From positions 1-64,000 of the IMG/VR virus record IMGVR_UViG_3300031992_000055: a stretch of 64,000 bases of DNA; one strand, given 5' to 3'. Positions 10,999 to 19,836 of the stretch are shown piece by piece. Every line of letters begins with the position of its first letter. Positions within the stretch are counted from its first letter, which is position 1. The notes under the pieces are model-generated. The model did not search any database and was not told the origin of the DNA. It saw nothing but the letters and a program-made list of their open reading frames with translations. The position numbers and the translations under genes are program-made. This DNA comes from a virus (lineage: Duplodnaviria; Caudoviricetes).

Positions 10999-11405
10999 TC
11001 TTCACAAACTGCTATGTCATCTTCTACCCAATCTTCACACTCTTTGATAAGAGTCTCTATTTTAGACCTGTCTTTGACCTCACCAAATCTTACTAACTCA
11101 AGCTCAAGGAACTTCTTGAATTCTTCTATCAGTTCAAGAGGAGTATAGTGATATCCTTTATAAGCCTCTTCCCAATCAGTATCTTCAGTATATATATAGG
11201 TATGTCCATCTTCTTCATCTACCTCTTCAACGTAGTCAGATGTAGATACTTTGGTACTCTTGCTCAAAGTCTGGCTTATGCTTACCTTAAAGCTTCTGCT
11301 ATCAGGCTCTGATTGGCTCCAGGGAGCCTCCTCCCATTCCCTTTGAGTCATTAAAGGGTAGTTTGAGTTGGGATTTAAGCTCTCATTATAGCTTTTTCTC
11401 TTCAT
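10995..11405 (-). CDS. Hypothetical acidic protein
   Basis: ORF in operon, ATGA overlap. Confidence 0.7.
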   Translation of the reverse strand: MKRKSYNESLNPNSNYPLMTQREWEEAPWSQSEPDSRSFKVSISQTLSKSTKVSTSDYVEEVDEEDGHTYIYTEDTDWEEAYKGYHYTPLELIEEFKKFLELELVRFGEVKDRSKIETLIKECEDWVEDDIAVCEE

Positions 11406-11637
11406 CTTCTGTTTCCTTCTTTAGTTGGTTTATTCTATCTTGTATATACCAGATTGCCTTATTGAGATCCTCAATCTCTTTAGCTTTATCTGTTAAAGAG
11501 GCATCCTTCTTTAGTCCTGCTCTCCACAGGTACTTGATAGCATTTCCTATAGCAAAACAATAATGTCTTGCTATATCTATGCATTCTACTCTTGAAGGAT
11601 GACTATTATACCACTCAGGATGATTTACATTCTCCAT
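11386..11637 (-). CDS. DUF3310 (SaV-like) phage protein
   Basis: NVNHPEWY..ECID..FAIGNAIKYLWRAG.K..EDLNKAIWY signature. Confidence 0.85.
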   Translation of the reverse strand: MENVNHPEWYNSHPSRVECIDIARHYCFAIGNAIKYLWRAGLKKDASLTDKAKEIEDLNKAIWYIQDRINQLKKETEDEEKKL

Positions 11638-12467
11638 TACTTTAACTCTTTTACATTGTATTTCTCAGATAATTTCTTCTTTAAATCCTCTTCATCATCT
11701 AACCAAATGTTCATCTCTGCCTCTACTTCTTCTCTCTGTTCAAGAGGGACTTCTTCAAAGGCATCTTCAAAGGCCTCTCGCAGGAGATCATTGTTTAGAA
11801 GAATATTTCCCATTGCTTCAAGTTTCTCTCTACAATGGCTTCCTTTAAAGGTGATATGATTAATAGGTTCCCCCATTATCCTCACAAACCTCCCCATCAT
11901 CCTGACAATCATAAGGTATACTCTATCTCCTCTAAGAGGAAGGAATACATTTGTAAAGTCAACACCATACTTTATTTGTACTTGACGCATTGCCTGACCA
12001 TAGGTACATAAGTTATTATAGCATAGATTCAACAGGGTGTAGGGGTAGGAGTAGAGTAGATACTTCTTTATACCTTGTTGTAAGAGTACTCCTCCAACAC
12101 TCCCCCTAAAATCATTAAGCTTCTTCATTGCATTAGAAGTTAAGTTTCCCGCTACCACCTCCAAGAACTCCATATTGAAATCTTGCTTATGCCACTGCTC
12201 AAGAATGTTGAACTCTTGAATGATGTTGCCAATCTGCTTCTTTAACTCATGCTTGTACAATCCATTCTTTTTCAACATCTCTATCACCTCAGCAAGAAAC
12301 AGCCTTGATATAAACCATCTTGGATAGATGACATAGCCAAGCAATCTTCTGGTATAGTAGAGCATAGGAGTGAATTCATCACTAGTCAGATGGTTCTTTG
12401 AGGGGATTCTGTATCTAACTCCATTCATTGTGAAGCTGATATGGTGTCCAAAGCTAGCTGGTTCCAT
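11637..12467 (-). CDS. Hypothetical protein
   Basis: 276-aa ORF in operon. Confidence 0.7.
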   Translation of the reverse strand: MEPASFGHHISFTMNGVRYRIPSKNHLTSDEFTPMLYYTRRLLGYVIYPRWFISRLFLAEVIEMLKKNGLYKHELKKQIGNIIQEFNILEQWHKQDFNMEFLEVVAGNLTSNAMKKLNDFRGSVGGVLLQQGIKKYLLYSYPYTLLNLCYNNLCTYGQAMRQVQIKYGVDFTNVFLPLRGDRVYLMIVRMMGRFVRIMGEPINHITFKGSHCREKLEAMGNILLNNDLLREAFEDAFEEVPLEQREEVEAEMNIWLDDEEDLKKKLSEKYNVKELK

Positions 12468-12603
12468 TGTGTTTGTTCAAATAGTTTATCCTAGAATCAA
12501 AATTCTGTATAATATTCTCAATAGTTCTACAAGGATATTCATCAGCTACCTTCTTTAAGATAGCTCTATAGAATTTAAGTTTACTGAGTTCACTTTTTTC
12601 CAT
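12454..12603 (-). CDS. Small hypothetical protein (49 aa)
   Basis: Manually translated MEKSELSKLKFYRAILKK...; fills gap, TAATG overlap. Confidence 0.55.
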   Translation of the reverse strand: MEKSELSKLKFYRAILKKVADEYPCRTIENIIQNFDSRINYLNKHNGTS

Positions 12604-12773
12604 TAGTTATCATCATTTATAAATACTGCAGATAAGAATAGATAAGCAAGAGATACTACACCAGTAGTATATAGTTTCTCACTTGTAGTCATACTATCAA
12701 TCCATATGCCAACAAGAACCATAATTAATATAATTGTTGCTATTATTAAAGCTATAACATTTACTCTGTTCAT
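12603..12773 (-). CDS. Small membrane protein (56 aa, two hydrophobic segments)
   Basis: Manually translated MNRVNVIALIIATIILIMVLVGIW...; ATGA overlap. Confidence 0.6.
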   Translation of the reverse strand: MNRVNVIALIIATIILIMVLVGIWIDSMTTSEKLYTTGVVSLAYLFLSAVFINDDN

Positions 12774-12973
12774 TGTTGTTCTTCTTTAAAATCATTAACT
12801 GCTTCTTGCGCAATATCCTGGGCAGTCTTTTGATGAAACGTCATGCCTACTAGAATAGTCTTAAAGGCTGATATCATATCATCTGCACCTACATCTGTGT
12901 AAGGTACCTCCCAAGTAACCTTAAGATCTGGCTGTTCTATTGTCAGCTTTGTAAAACAAGTTTCTTCTATCAT
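12770..12973 (-). CDS. Hypothetical array protein
   Basis: ORF, ATGA-coupled, ends EEQQ. Confidence 0.7.
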   Translation of the reverse strand: MIEETCFTKLTIEQPDLKVTWEVPYTDVGADDMISAFKTILVGMTFHQKTAQDIAQEAVNDFKEEQQ

Positions 12974-13347
12974 AATTTTGGTAAATTAATATCTAACCAC
13001 CATTTAACATTAGGTATATTCCACTGACCTTTATCATACCTTTCAGGAAAGTATTCTTCCATTTCACTATGATTTATCAAAGATACTCCTGTATACCTCT
13101 CAACAGGCCTATGTGCAAAACAAACCTTATATCCCCCAAAGCCAAAATCACACAAGACAATTACTTCCCTATCAATCTCTGGCAGGTCATCCCCTTGAGC
13201 ATAAACCCAAAGGTTATGTCCCATCCACCACTGTGCTCCTACGATGAAAGCATCAGTGATTTCAGTCTCCAAATTATACACTGGGAAATTAGGGTCTTGC
13301 TGCCTTTTTGTTGCGTAGTCATACGCTGCTTTTTTTAATTCTTTCAT
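12970..13347 (-). CDS. Hypothetical array protein
   Basis: ORF, AFIVGAQW module, coupled. Confidence 0.7.
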   Translation of the reverse strand: MKELKKAAYDYATKRQQDPNFPVYNLETEITDAFIVGAQWWMGHNLWVYAQGDDLPEIDREVIVLCDFGFGGYKVCFAHRPVERYTGVSLINHSEMEEYFPERYDKGQWNIPNVKWWLDINLPKL

Positions 13348-13613
13348 TGTTTTTCTTTCATGTATTGCATAAAGTCATTGATAAACTTTTCGGGGGCTGT
13401 CACACTCTGACTCCAATAGTTTTGCAAGTTGGCTCTCAACCAATCACAAGCCTCTCTAATCAAATATTTCCTTTCCCTTTCAACTGACTTCCTTGTCACG
13501 CTGTAGAGGTTGGGATGAGCATCTGCCCACATTGCACCATCCATGAAAGGCTTCTGCAAGTGTTTTGCATAAAGTTGCGATGCTTTAATAATTTGTTCTT
13601 CTCTTGTGTTCAT
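13344..13613 (-). CDS. Hypothetical array protein
   Basis: ORF, FMDGAMWADAHP module shared with 16401-16643. Confidence 0.7.
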   Translation of the reverse strand: MNTREEQIIKASQLYAKHLQKPFMDGAMWADAHPNLYSVTRKSVERERKYLIREACDWLRANLQNYWSQSVTAPEKFINDFMQYMKEKQ

Positions 13614-13864
13614 TATTGTTCCTCCATTACTTTTATGTTTTCAATTGTTATTGGTTCGTACACCCTAAACAGCCAACAACCATCTACATAGTTATTCATA
13701 TTAGGATGAGTAGTTGGGTCATACTTTACTTGCAAGACAATATTACCATAGCATTTGGCTTCTCCCATATTTACAGCAAGATATGTAACCCTACCATTAA
13801 ACAAGACACCTTCCCTTTTGATGATATCTCAGTTTTCTTTCGATGTTCCATGATAAAATATCAT
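13613..13864 (-). pseudogene. Small ADP-ribosyltransferase-fold gene with in-frame TGA
   Basis: MIFYHGTSKEN*DIIKREG...TYLA..EAKCYG; TGA at 13829-13831. Confidence 0.6.
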
Positions 13865-14049
13865 TCTTCGTCAGTATTTATTTCTTCACCTGTTTCTATT
13901 ACATATCCTACCCCACAATTTGGACACTCAAGGTCTTTAAGTTTGGTTATTGAAGGTCTTACGGCAATCCATCTTTTGTAGCATTTTACGCATATAACTT
14001 CCGATACTATGTGTGGTCGGTATTCCTCAATATTGATTTCTTTTGTCAT
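13861..14049 (-). CDS. Small zinc-ribbon protein
   Basis: CVKC...CPNCG. Confidence 0.7.
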   Translation of the reverse strand: MTKEINIEEYRPHIVSEVICVKCYKRWIAVRPSITKLKDLECPNCGVGYVIETGEEINTDEE

Positions 14050-14065
14050 TGTTGTCCCTCCTTAT

Positions 14066-14206
14066 TTAGAAATTTTTGTCATACGGATATGTTGGATAAC
14101 CGCTTATGGTGAACTTATTTCGTTTATATTCAGGCAATGGATTCTTGACGCCATTGTTTTTACACCATTGCAGATACTCTTGTCTTGTGTATGTTTTATA
14201 CGTCAT
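14066..14206 (-). CDS. Small hypothetical protein (46 aa)
   Basis: Manually translated MTYKTYTRQEYLQWCKNNG..., ATGA-coupled. Confidence 0.55.
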   Translation of the reverse strand: MTYKTYTRQEYLQWCKNNGVKNPLPEYKRNKFTISGYPTYPYDKNF

Positions 14207-14469
14207 TGTTGTTCCTCCATATACTTTTTAAAGATTTCTATTTCATTATCAATCTTATATCCTCGGATATAACGTATACCGATGTCTTCATAGTTGGCCT
14301 TTAGGTATTCGCAAACCTTGTCAACAGCATCCTTGTAGCCAAGTTCCCAACCATACATAGTAGTTTCTCTAAAAGAACATTTTCTTTCAAGGTTTCTGCT
14401 TATGTAGGAACAGTTTTCTTTGGCTTCGCAGTTATTGCAAAGTGTTTTTTCTCTCTCTTCGTAGGTCAT
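14203..14469 (-). CDS. Hypothetical Cys-rich array protein
   Basis: ORF, ends MEEQQ. Confidence 0.7.
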   Translation of the reverse strand: MTYEEREKTLCNNCEAKENCSYISRNLERKCSFRETTMYGWELGYKDAVDKVCEYLKANYEDIGIRYIRGYKIDNEIEIFKKYMEEQQ

Positions 14470-15032
14470 TGTTGTTCCTCCATTCTTTCTTTAATTGATT
14501 TGAGCCAGTCAATTAGTTCTTTGTTTCTTCCAAGATTACCATCCGCAATATCACTTTCAGCCTTGGCAATACAACATTGAACATTATAATCATCTTCATC
14601 AGTCCACTTTGACTTTGGTGCTTGCTTTTCAACCAATAAATTATCTAATTCAGAAAGTTCTATATAATCACATTCAAAACAAAGGCAAGAACTGAGGTTA
14701 TATGTGTTACCAGCCTTTATTAAATAGATTTGTTTACCTTCTCCATTACCTGCAATGCCGTCTTTCCAGTGTTTCCATATTGATACTTTCTTTGGTCCCT
14801 GCCCGCCTTGCTTTTTAAGCAATGAGACGGCCTCATCAAGTTCAGTACCAGTAATATAATTGGTGTTGGCATATACCTTATAGAGTAAGTCAACAAGTTT
14901 TTTCCTTATTATCTCACCCCTCAACTCAAGGAGTTCAGGGAAGAGTGTTTCAAGCACATACCTTTGGTCGGCATTTGCAGTCTGATAGAGCTTTTTGGCT
15001 TCTTTAAATTTTTCTTTTTCAGTCATAATCAC
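14466..15032 (-). CDS. Hypothetical modular array protein
   Basis: LFPEL and WLKSIKERM modules shared with 16640-17632. Confidence 0.75.
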   Translation of the reverse strand: MIMTEKEKFKEAKKLYQTANADQRYVLETLFPELLELRGEIIRKKLVDLLYKVYANTNYITGTELDEAVSLLKKQGGQGPKKVSIWKHWKDGIAGNGEGKQIYLIKAGNTYNLSSCLCFECDYIELSELDNLLVEKQAPKSKWTDEDDYNVQCCIAKAESDIADGNLGRNKELIDWLKSIKERMEEQQ

Positions 15033-15397
15033 AAGAGTTTTTCTTCATGTAATTTCAATATCATTTCATAGCAAGCATTGATAGGACTATCGCAACCTTC
15101 TACAAAATATGGGTTTACCTTTTCCACCCAACTTGCACAACTCCATGTTTCGTTAGCATGCTTGCCCAATGTGGGATATGGAATTATATCAAGCAATGCA
15201 GCAAGACTCCATGACGGTATTCCAATACCGCTGTAAAATACAAATGACGTATCACCATCATGGAAATATTGCAGTTCTTCTGGAACATCAAGGTTATACC
15301 CAGCAATGGCTAGTCTTTTCCAAGTGCCATCAGCGGTATTATGTGGCAATATTTCTGCCAACTTCTTTGATTGTGAAATGTCAGTATATTATTTCAT
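15029..15397 (-). pseudogene. Paralog of 18339-18743 with TAA at codon 3 (possible TTG restart at 15361)
   Basis: MK*YTDISQSKKLAEILP vs MKSYTDINQSKKLAEILP. Confidence 0.65.
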
Positions 15398-15564
15398 TGT
15401 TGTTCCTCCCATAATTCTTTTTCCACTTCTCTTTTAATATTTAATTTCCTTACATTTCTTGACACGCAACCACTAATAGTTTCCCACCAATTTACCCATC
15501 CTTTCTTTGGATGAACATCACGTTTGCAAGGAAATTTAACCACTTTCCTTCCTTCTGGTTTCAT
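15394..15564 (-). CDS. Small hypothetical protein (56 aa)
   Basis: Manually translated MKPEGRKVVKFPCKRDVHPKKGWVNWWE...WEEQQ. Confidence 0.6.
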   Translation of the reverse strand: MKPEGRKVVKFPCKRDVHPKKGWVNWWETISGCVSRNVRKLNIKREVEKELWEEQQ

Positions 15565-15719
15565 TGTTTCTCCAAATAAAATTCTTCGTTACACATTTCC
15601 CCATCAAGGTAAACTTGATAAGGGTCTTTGTTCGCTCCCAATTGCCACCGCAGACAAGTAAGCCTTTTGGGGCACTTGTCATTGGTGCAAGCCGCTATAT
15701 CAGTATTGTGTCTTGTCAT
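15561..15719 (-). CDS. Small Cys-rich protein (52 aa)
   Basis: Manually translated MTRHNTDIAACTNDKCPKRLTCLRW... Confidence 0.6.
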   Translation of the reverse strand: MTRHNTDIAACTNDKCPKRLTCLRWQLGANKDPYQVYLDGEMCNEEFYLEKQ

Positions 15720-16096
15720 AATTCAATCTCCTTTCTAATTCCACATATTTTCAAAGCATGTTGCAATTCATGGACATCATAACAATATCCTTCATAAATA
15801 CTATCACACCTCACAGATACTACTGTAGTACAGCCACCATTAAACCAAATTATTTTTTCTAAACCTGATTCATGTCTCCACACATAGGTATCGTCATTTT
15901 CTATTGCAAAACCATTCTTTTCAAGAATCTCTGGTGTAAGGGGAATAGGTTCTAGCAGGCTTTCTCTTACCCAATTCAGTTTATTGCTTACTGCATGGTA
16001 AGCCACTTTCTTTTGGTGTACTGCCGCCACTTTGATAGGCATCATGCTTGGTTTTACAAGGCAATAGTCGCCGACCATTAAATCTGTTGCTTTCAT
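15716..16096 (-). CDS. Hypothetical array protein, paralog of 19833-20225
   Basis: PIPLTPEILEKNGF...VHELQHAL..CGI. Confidence 0.75.
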   Translation of the reverse strand: MKATDLMVGDYCLVKPSMMPIKVAAVHQKKVAYHAVSNKLNWVRESLLEPIPLTPEILEKNGFAIENDDTYVWRHESGLEKIIWFNGGCTTVVSVRCDSIYEGYCYDVHELQHALKICGIRKEIEL

Positions 16097-16398
16097 AACT
16101 TCTTTCTTCTTTTTATAAACTCACATATCCCATCCTTAACACCCATTTCATAGACAATTAATGCTCTTTCTATAGACACTTGCCTTTCTTTGTCATCCTT
16201 GAAAGGGAAAGCGGGCAGCATAGTTTCCATGTTTTCACGCATTTTTTCAACGAGAGCCGTTGTTATAGCGTGAATATGAGCATCCTTCATAGCGGAATGA
16301 AGTTCACTTATAGAAATTAATAAATCTTTTTCTCTCCAATATTCATATCTTCTCTCTATCTCCGCCACTACAGCGGCTTTGTCTATGTACTGTGTCAT
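16093..16398 (-). CDS. Hypothetical array protein
   Basis: IDK..VVAEIERR N-module shared with 17986-18333. Confidence 0.7.
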   Translation of the reverse strand: MTQYIDKAAVVAEIERRYEYWREKDLLISISELHSAMKDAHIHAITTALVEKMRENMETMLPAFPFKDDKERQVSIERALIVYEMGVKDGICEFIKRRKKL

Positions 16399-16400
16399 AA

Positions 16401-16643
16401 TTATTTGGATTTGGGAATCAGATAGAAATCATTAAATAATTCTTCAAGATGTTGGTCAGTCCATATTGGCTCTTTGTTTTCGTCAATAGAATCCTGATAC
16501 CAGTTTTGAAGATAAGACATGCCTATGGCATTAGGGTGTTCATCAGCCCATCTTGCACCACAACCGAATGACATTCTTCTGTCGCTGTTGTCACTATGCT
16601 CTCTCATAGCCTTTATTATCTCATTGTCTCTTTCTGTCATCAT
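16401..16643 (-). CDS. Hypothetical array protein
   Basis: FGCGARWADEHP module. Confidence 0.7.
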   Translation of the reverse strand: MMTERDNEIIKAMREHSDNSDRRMSFGCGARWADEHPNAIGMSYLQNWYQDSIDENKEPIWTDQHLEELFNDFYLIPKSK

Positions 16644-17632
16644 ACCTCCATTCTTTGCTTAAGTGATTTAAGCCAATTAATACAAGCATCAAGTTCAACA
16701 GTACAAGCGTAATGTGTCTTTGCTGCATCAAGAAAATAAATTGCGTCTTTGAGTCTATGTTCGTCCTCTTCATTCCACTCAGTAGACTTTTGCTCATATA
16801 ATTTCTTTACTGCTGTAATAGCACACTTATGTGATAATATACCACAGTCAGTTTGATAGCCAGCAACTTCGCCAAGAGTCTTTTCAAGGATTCTTTGGGC
16901 ATGGAAAAGACTGTCAATTCCATAATCTTCGCCATCGTATTTTTCATCCTCGATTTTCCTCAATTCTTTCTTATTTTCATCCCACTCATAACCTGCTTCG
17001 TGCATCTTTTGAAATAATAGGTCACGCTGTTCTTTAGTGGCTGGAGTAACTACAGCATCAATAAGACAGAAGCATTCATTTTTACCTAAATCATTATAAA
17101 ATCTTCCATCATCAGTATTTATATGACAATATCCCATTAAACGAGTATCATTAAGAAAATGGAATATAAAAATGTTAGAACCATTTACAAGTACATCCCC
17201 ATCCTTTGCATCTTTGATTGTCCATAGTCTAATAAATTCATTATCAAAATGTACTGATAATGTACCTCCTAAATAATGTCTTAGATAATAACGATAGTTA
17301 TCTATTCGCTCGACTTGATATATGCTATTATGGTGTTTATAAAAGACAACCCAATCACCAACCTTAAACTTTGGTTCAAGCTTATCAACAGATTTCTGCT
17401 CTCCTTGCTTTTCAAGCCAAGCAATAGTTTCTTGAACAGGAACCCCATGCCATTCCTTGCCACCAACACTGCGCCAATAATCTAATTGGGCTTTAATTAT
17501 TCTCTCATCCTCACTCTCTTTGAGTTCAGGGAAGATTTGCTCCATACGTTTAATTTCAGCAATGTCAGAACTGAATGAATGTATTCCTTTTGCTCTTTCA
17601 AGAGCCTCTTTGTATTTCTTTTCGTAGTCCAT
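16640..17632 (-). CDS. Hypothetical multi-module array protein
   Basis: 330 aa; YEKKYKEALERAK, PKFKVGDW, WTIKDAKDGDVL, PATKEQRDLLF modules. Confidence 0.8.
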   Translation of the reverse strand: MDYEKKYKEALERAKGIHSFSSDIAEIKRMEQIFPELKESEDERIIKAQLDYWRSVGGKEWHGVPVQETIAWLEKQGEQKSVDKLEPKFKVGDWVVFYKHHNSIYQVERIDNYRYYLRHYLGGTLSVHFDNEFIRLWTIKDAKDGDVLVNGSNIFIFHFLNDTRLMGYCHINTDDGRFYNDLGKNECFCLIDAVVTPATKEQRDLLFQKMHEAGYEWDENKKELRKIEDEKYDGEDYGIDSLFHAQRILEKTLGEVAGYQTDCGILSHKCAITAVKKLYEQKSTEWNEEDEHRLKDAIYFLDAAKTHYACTVELDACINWLKSLKQRMEV

Positions 17633-17634
17633 TG

Positions 17635-17982
17635 TTATTTATTTTTAAGTTCTACAATAAGTGCATCAGCACAAGCAATAGCAAATTCGGCAATTTCGTT
17701 AGGATAAGTTTTCTTATCCCCACAAAATCCTTCAACTACAATATCTCTAAAAGCTGTTCTATCACTGCTACTTAAAATCGTAATCGTTCCTTGCATGGCA
17801 GCAATGGCAGCACGTTCTCTTACACCCTGCCAATGCCCATCTTCTGTAACATCAGCGATAAGTTCAACTTCTTCGGGTTTGACCTCTATAGGGTTTCCCC
17901 AAGAATCAGATTGGTCAAGTGTAATCTTTGCATAGGATGCCAGATTAACTATCTCACCTGTTTTAATTATTTTTGCTTTCAT
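17635..17982 (-). CDS. Hypothetical array protein
   Basis: RERAAIAAMQG...ADALI.ELK. Confidence 0.75.
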   Translation of the reverse strand: MKAKIIKTGEIVNLASYAKITLDQSDSWGNPIEVKPEEVELIADVTEDGHWQGVRERAAIAAMQGTITILSSSDRTAFRDIVVEGFCGDKKTYPNEIAEFAIACADALIVELKNK

Positions 17983-17985
17983 AAC

Positions 17986-18333
17986 TTATTCTCCTTTCTG
18001 TGCTGCTTTAAGCCCAAGTTCAAAGAAATGCTTGGCAGTCTCAATAACATAGTCTTGCCATATAAAACTTTCCATTTTACAATAGTCATCATCCACGTTT
18101 GGAAAGAAACGATGAATACCATTTGATACATAATAGGATAGTTCACGTTCAAAGTCCACATCTTTTGTTTCAACGGTGTCAAGAAACTGGTGTTTGAATA
18201 ACACAAGTGCATCTTCATACCCTTCAAAATAATCTTCAAGATTTTTATGAGACGCACGTTCTATGTCTTTTTTATTTTCTGCTATTCTTCTCTCTATCTC
18301 CGCAACTAAAGTAGATTTGTCTATCAGTTCCAT
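17986..18333 (-). CDS. Hypothetical array protein
   Basis: IDK..LVAEIERR...AKHFFELGLKA. Confidence 0.75.
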   Translation of the reverse strand: MELIDKSTLVAEIERRIAENKKDIERASHKNLEDYFEGYEDALVLFKHQFLDTVETKDVDFERELSYYVSNGIHRFFPNVDDDYCKMESFIWQDYVIETAKHFFELGLKAAQKGE

Positions 18334-18338
18334 AATTA

Positions 18339-18743
18339 CTAAAGTTTTTGTTCATGTAGTTTAATAATCAATTCAACGCAAGCATCAACAAGAGTATCTT
18401 CGCTTGTTATTAGTTTAAATTTATCTGTTTTCATATCTTCAATATTGTTTGGTATATAACTGCAATGCCATCCTTTACCATTAAGATTAGGATAAACATT
18501 CAAATCAATACCTCTATCAAACTCAAACAAATAAGTTGGTAAAACATCAAACAACGCTGCAAGACTCCATGCAGGTATATCATCATGCTCTTCTCCTATT
18601 ATATCCAATGGATAATCATCTGTCAACATTCTAATCGAATATCCATCTTTGGCATAAGATGAATACCAAGCCCTATCAGCACTTTCAAGTGGAAGTATTT
18701 CCGCCAATTTCTTACTTTGATTTATATCAGTGTATGATTTCAT
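18339..18743 (-). CDS. Hypothetical array protein
   Basis: YTDINQSKKLAEILP...PAWSLAAL. Confidence 0.75.
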   Translation of the reverse strand: MKSYTDINQSKKLAEILPLESADRAWYSSYAKDGYSIRMLTDDYPLDIIGEEHDDIPAWSLAALFDVLPTYLFEFDRGIDLNVYPNLNGKGWHCSYIPNNIEDMKTDKFKLITSEDTLVDACVELIIKLHEQKL

Positions 18744-18747
18744 AACT

Positions 18748-19029
18748 TTATTCAGTATAATGGTCTTCTATAATTACTTTTGGTTTGGTTAAATCAGTAG
18801 ACAGATGCTCAATCTCTTTCCATTTTTCAAGAGGGTATGTATTTGAGATACAATGGTTAATATTACCATCTGGCTCACACCACATGTAATCATCGTCTGC
18901 CCACTCAAACAGATATGACAAATTATCATCTATTGCTGCCGTCAGATATGCTTCTTCTTTAGTATTTGCGACAACTAACACAAGACCACCACCATAACTA
19001 TTTTGATTTTTACATCCAAATATTTTCAT
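18748..19029 (-). CDS. Hypothetical array protein
   Basis: ORF in operon. Confidence 0.7.
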   Translation of the reverse strand: MKIFGCKNQNSYGGGLVLVVANTKEEAYLTAAIDDNLSYLFEWADDDYMWCEPDGNINHCISNTYPLEKWKEIEHLSTDLTKPKVIIEDHYTE

Positions 19030-19031
19030 TG

Positions 19032-19226
19032 TTATTCCTCCTTATTTTGAATAAACTCTATTGGCGAGTTCTCCCATGTTATTTCTGGAAAAAAATAATC
19101 AAATAAAGAAAAAGTGTCAGAGTCTTTATGAGATGATTTAAACTCATCATATACTCTTTGGGGTTTATAACCGGTATATCCCCACAAACTACCATCTTTG
19201 TCTCTCGCCAACCAAATACTTGTCAT
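19032..19226 (-). CDS. Hypothetical array protein
   Basis: MTSIWLARDKDG...FPEITWENSP; start at ATGA overlap. Confidence 0.7.
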   Translation of the reverse strand: MTSIWLARDKDGSLWGYTGYKPQRVYDEFKSSHKDSDTFSLFDYFFPEITWENSPIEFIQNKEE

Positions 19227-19450
19227 TGTTGTTCCTCCATACATTTGCTTATATACTCTACTGCGCTATCAATATTAGCAACATCTATAGGATTGTCTTC
19301 TCCATTCCAAGAGATAAATAATTCTATTATAGTCTTGATATTCATTTGACGTAATTCAGAGGCTTTCTCTTCAAGCCAGTTGTCGTGGGAGGGAAGATAA
19401 CCTCCCCTCTCACGAATAATCTTGCCTAATTGTTGTGCTAGTAATGTCAT
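19223..19450 (-). CDS. Hypothetical array protein
   Basis: ORF, ends MEEQQ. Confidence 0.7.
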   Translation of the reverse strand: MTLLAQQLGKIIRERGGYLPSHDNWLEEKASELRQMNIKTIIELFISWNGEDNPIDVANIDSAVEYISKCMEEQQ

Positions 19451-19452
19451 AA

Positions 19453-19836
19453 TTAAATCAGATTTTCAAGTACATATTTAAGTGCCATTTCAGTAGCTTC
19501 TTCATAAGATTTTAGTGGATTACTGCAGTCTTCAGCACTTACTTCAAGATTATCATCTGCCCAAATATCATAGCCCCACTTAGAATCTTCATAGTTTACG
19601 TTGAAAAGTACTGGAGTAACAACTATTATAAAATGCTTCTCTCTTAACCACGCACAAGCCATCTGATGGGTTGGGGCTAATGCACAAAAATCATTACAAG
19701 GTTTTTCACTATTAATATATCCTACATGATTAGAAGATAAATAACCTTCATCATCGTATTTTTGGTAACATGGTTCATCAAACCCCTTTTCTTTTAAGAT
19801 TTTTGAAATCTCGTAACTACAATATGCTTCTTTCAT
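19453..19836 (-). CDS. Hypothetical array protein
   Basis: LKEKGFDEPC...APTHQMACAWLREK. Confidence 0.75.
   Translation of the reverse strand: MKEAYCSYEISKILKEKGFDEPCYQKYDDEGYLSSNHVGYINSEKPCNDFCALAPTHQMACAWLREKHFIIVVTPVLFNVNYEDSKWGYDIWADDNLEVSAEDCSNPLKSYEEATEMALKYVLENLI

Noticed and set aside
17979-18257. Alternative-frame ORF overlapping 17986-18333
   Set aside because: The other frame carries the shared array modules and fits the operon spacing
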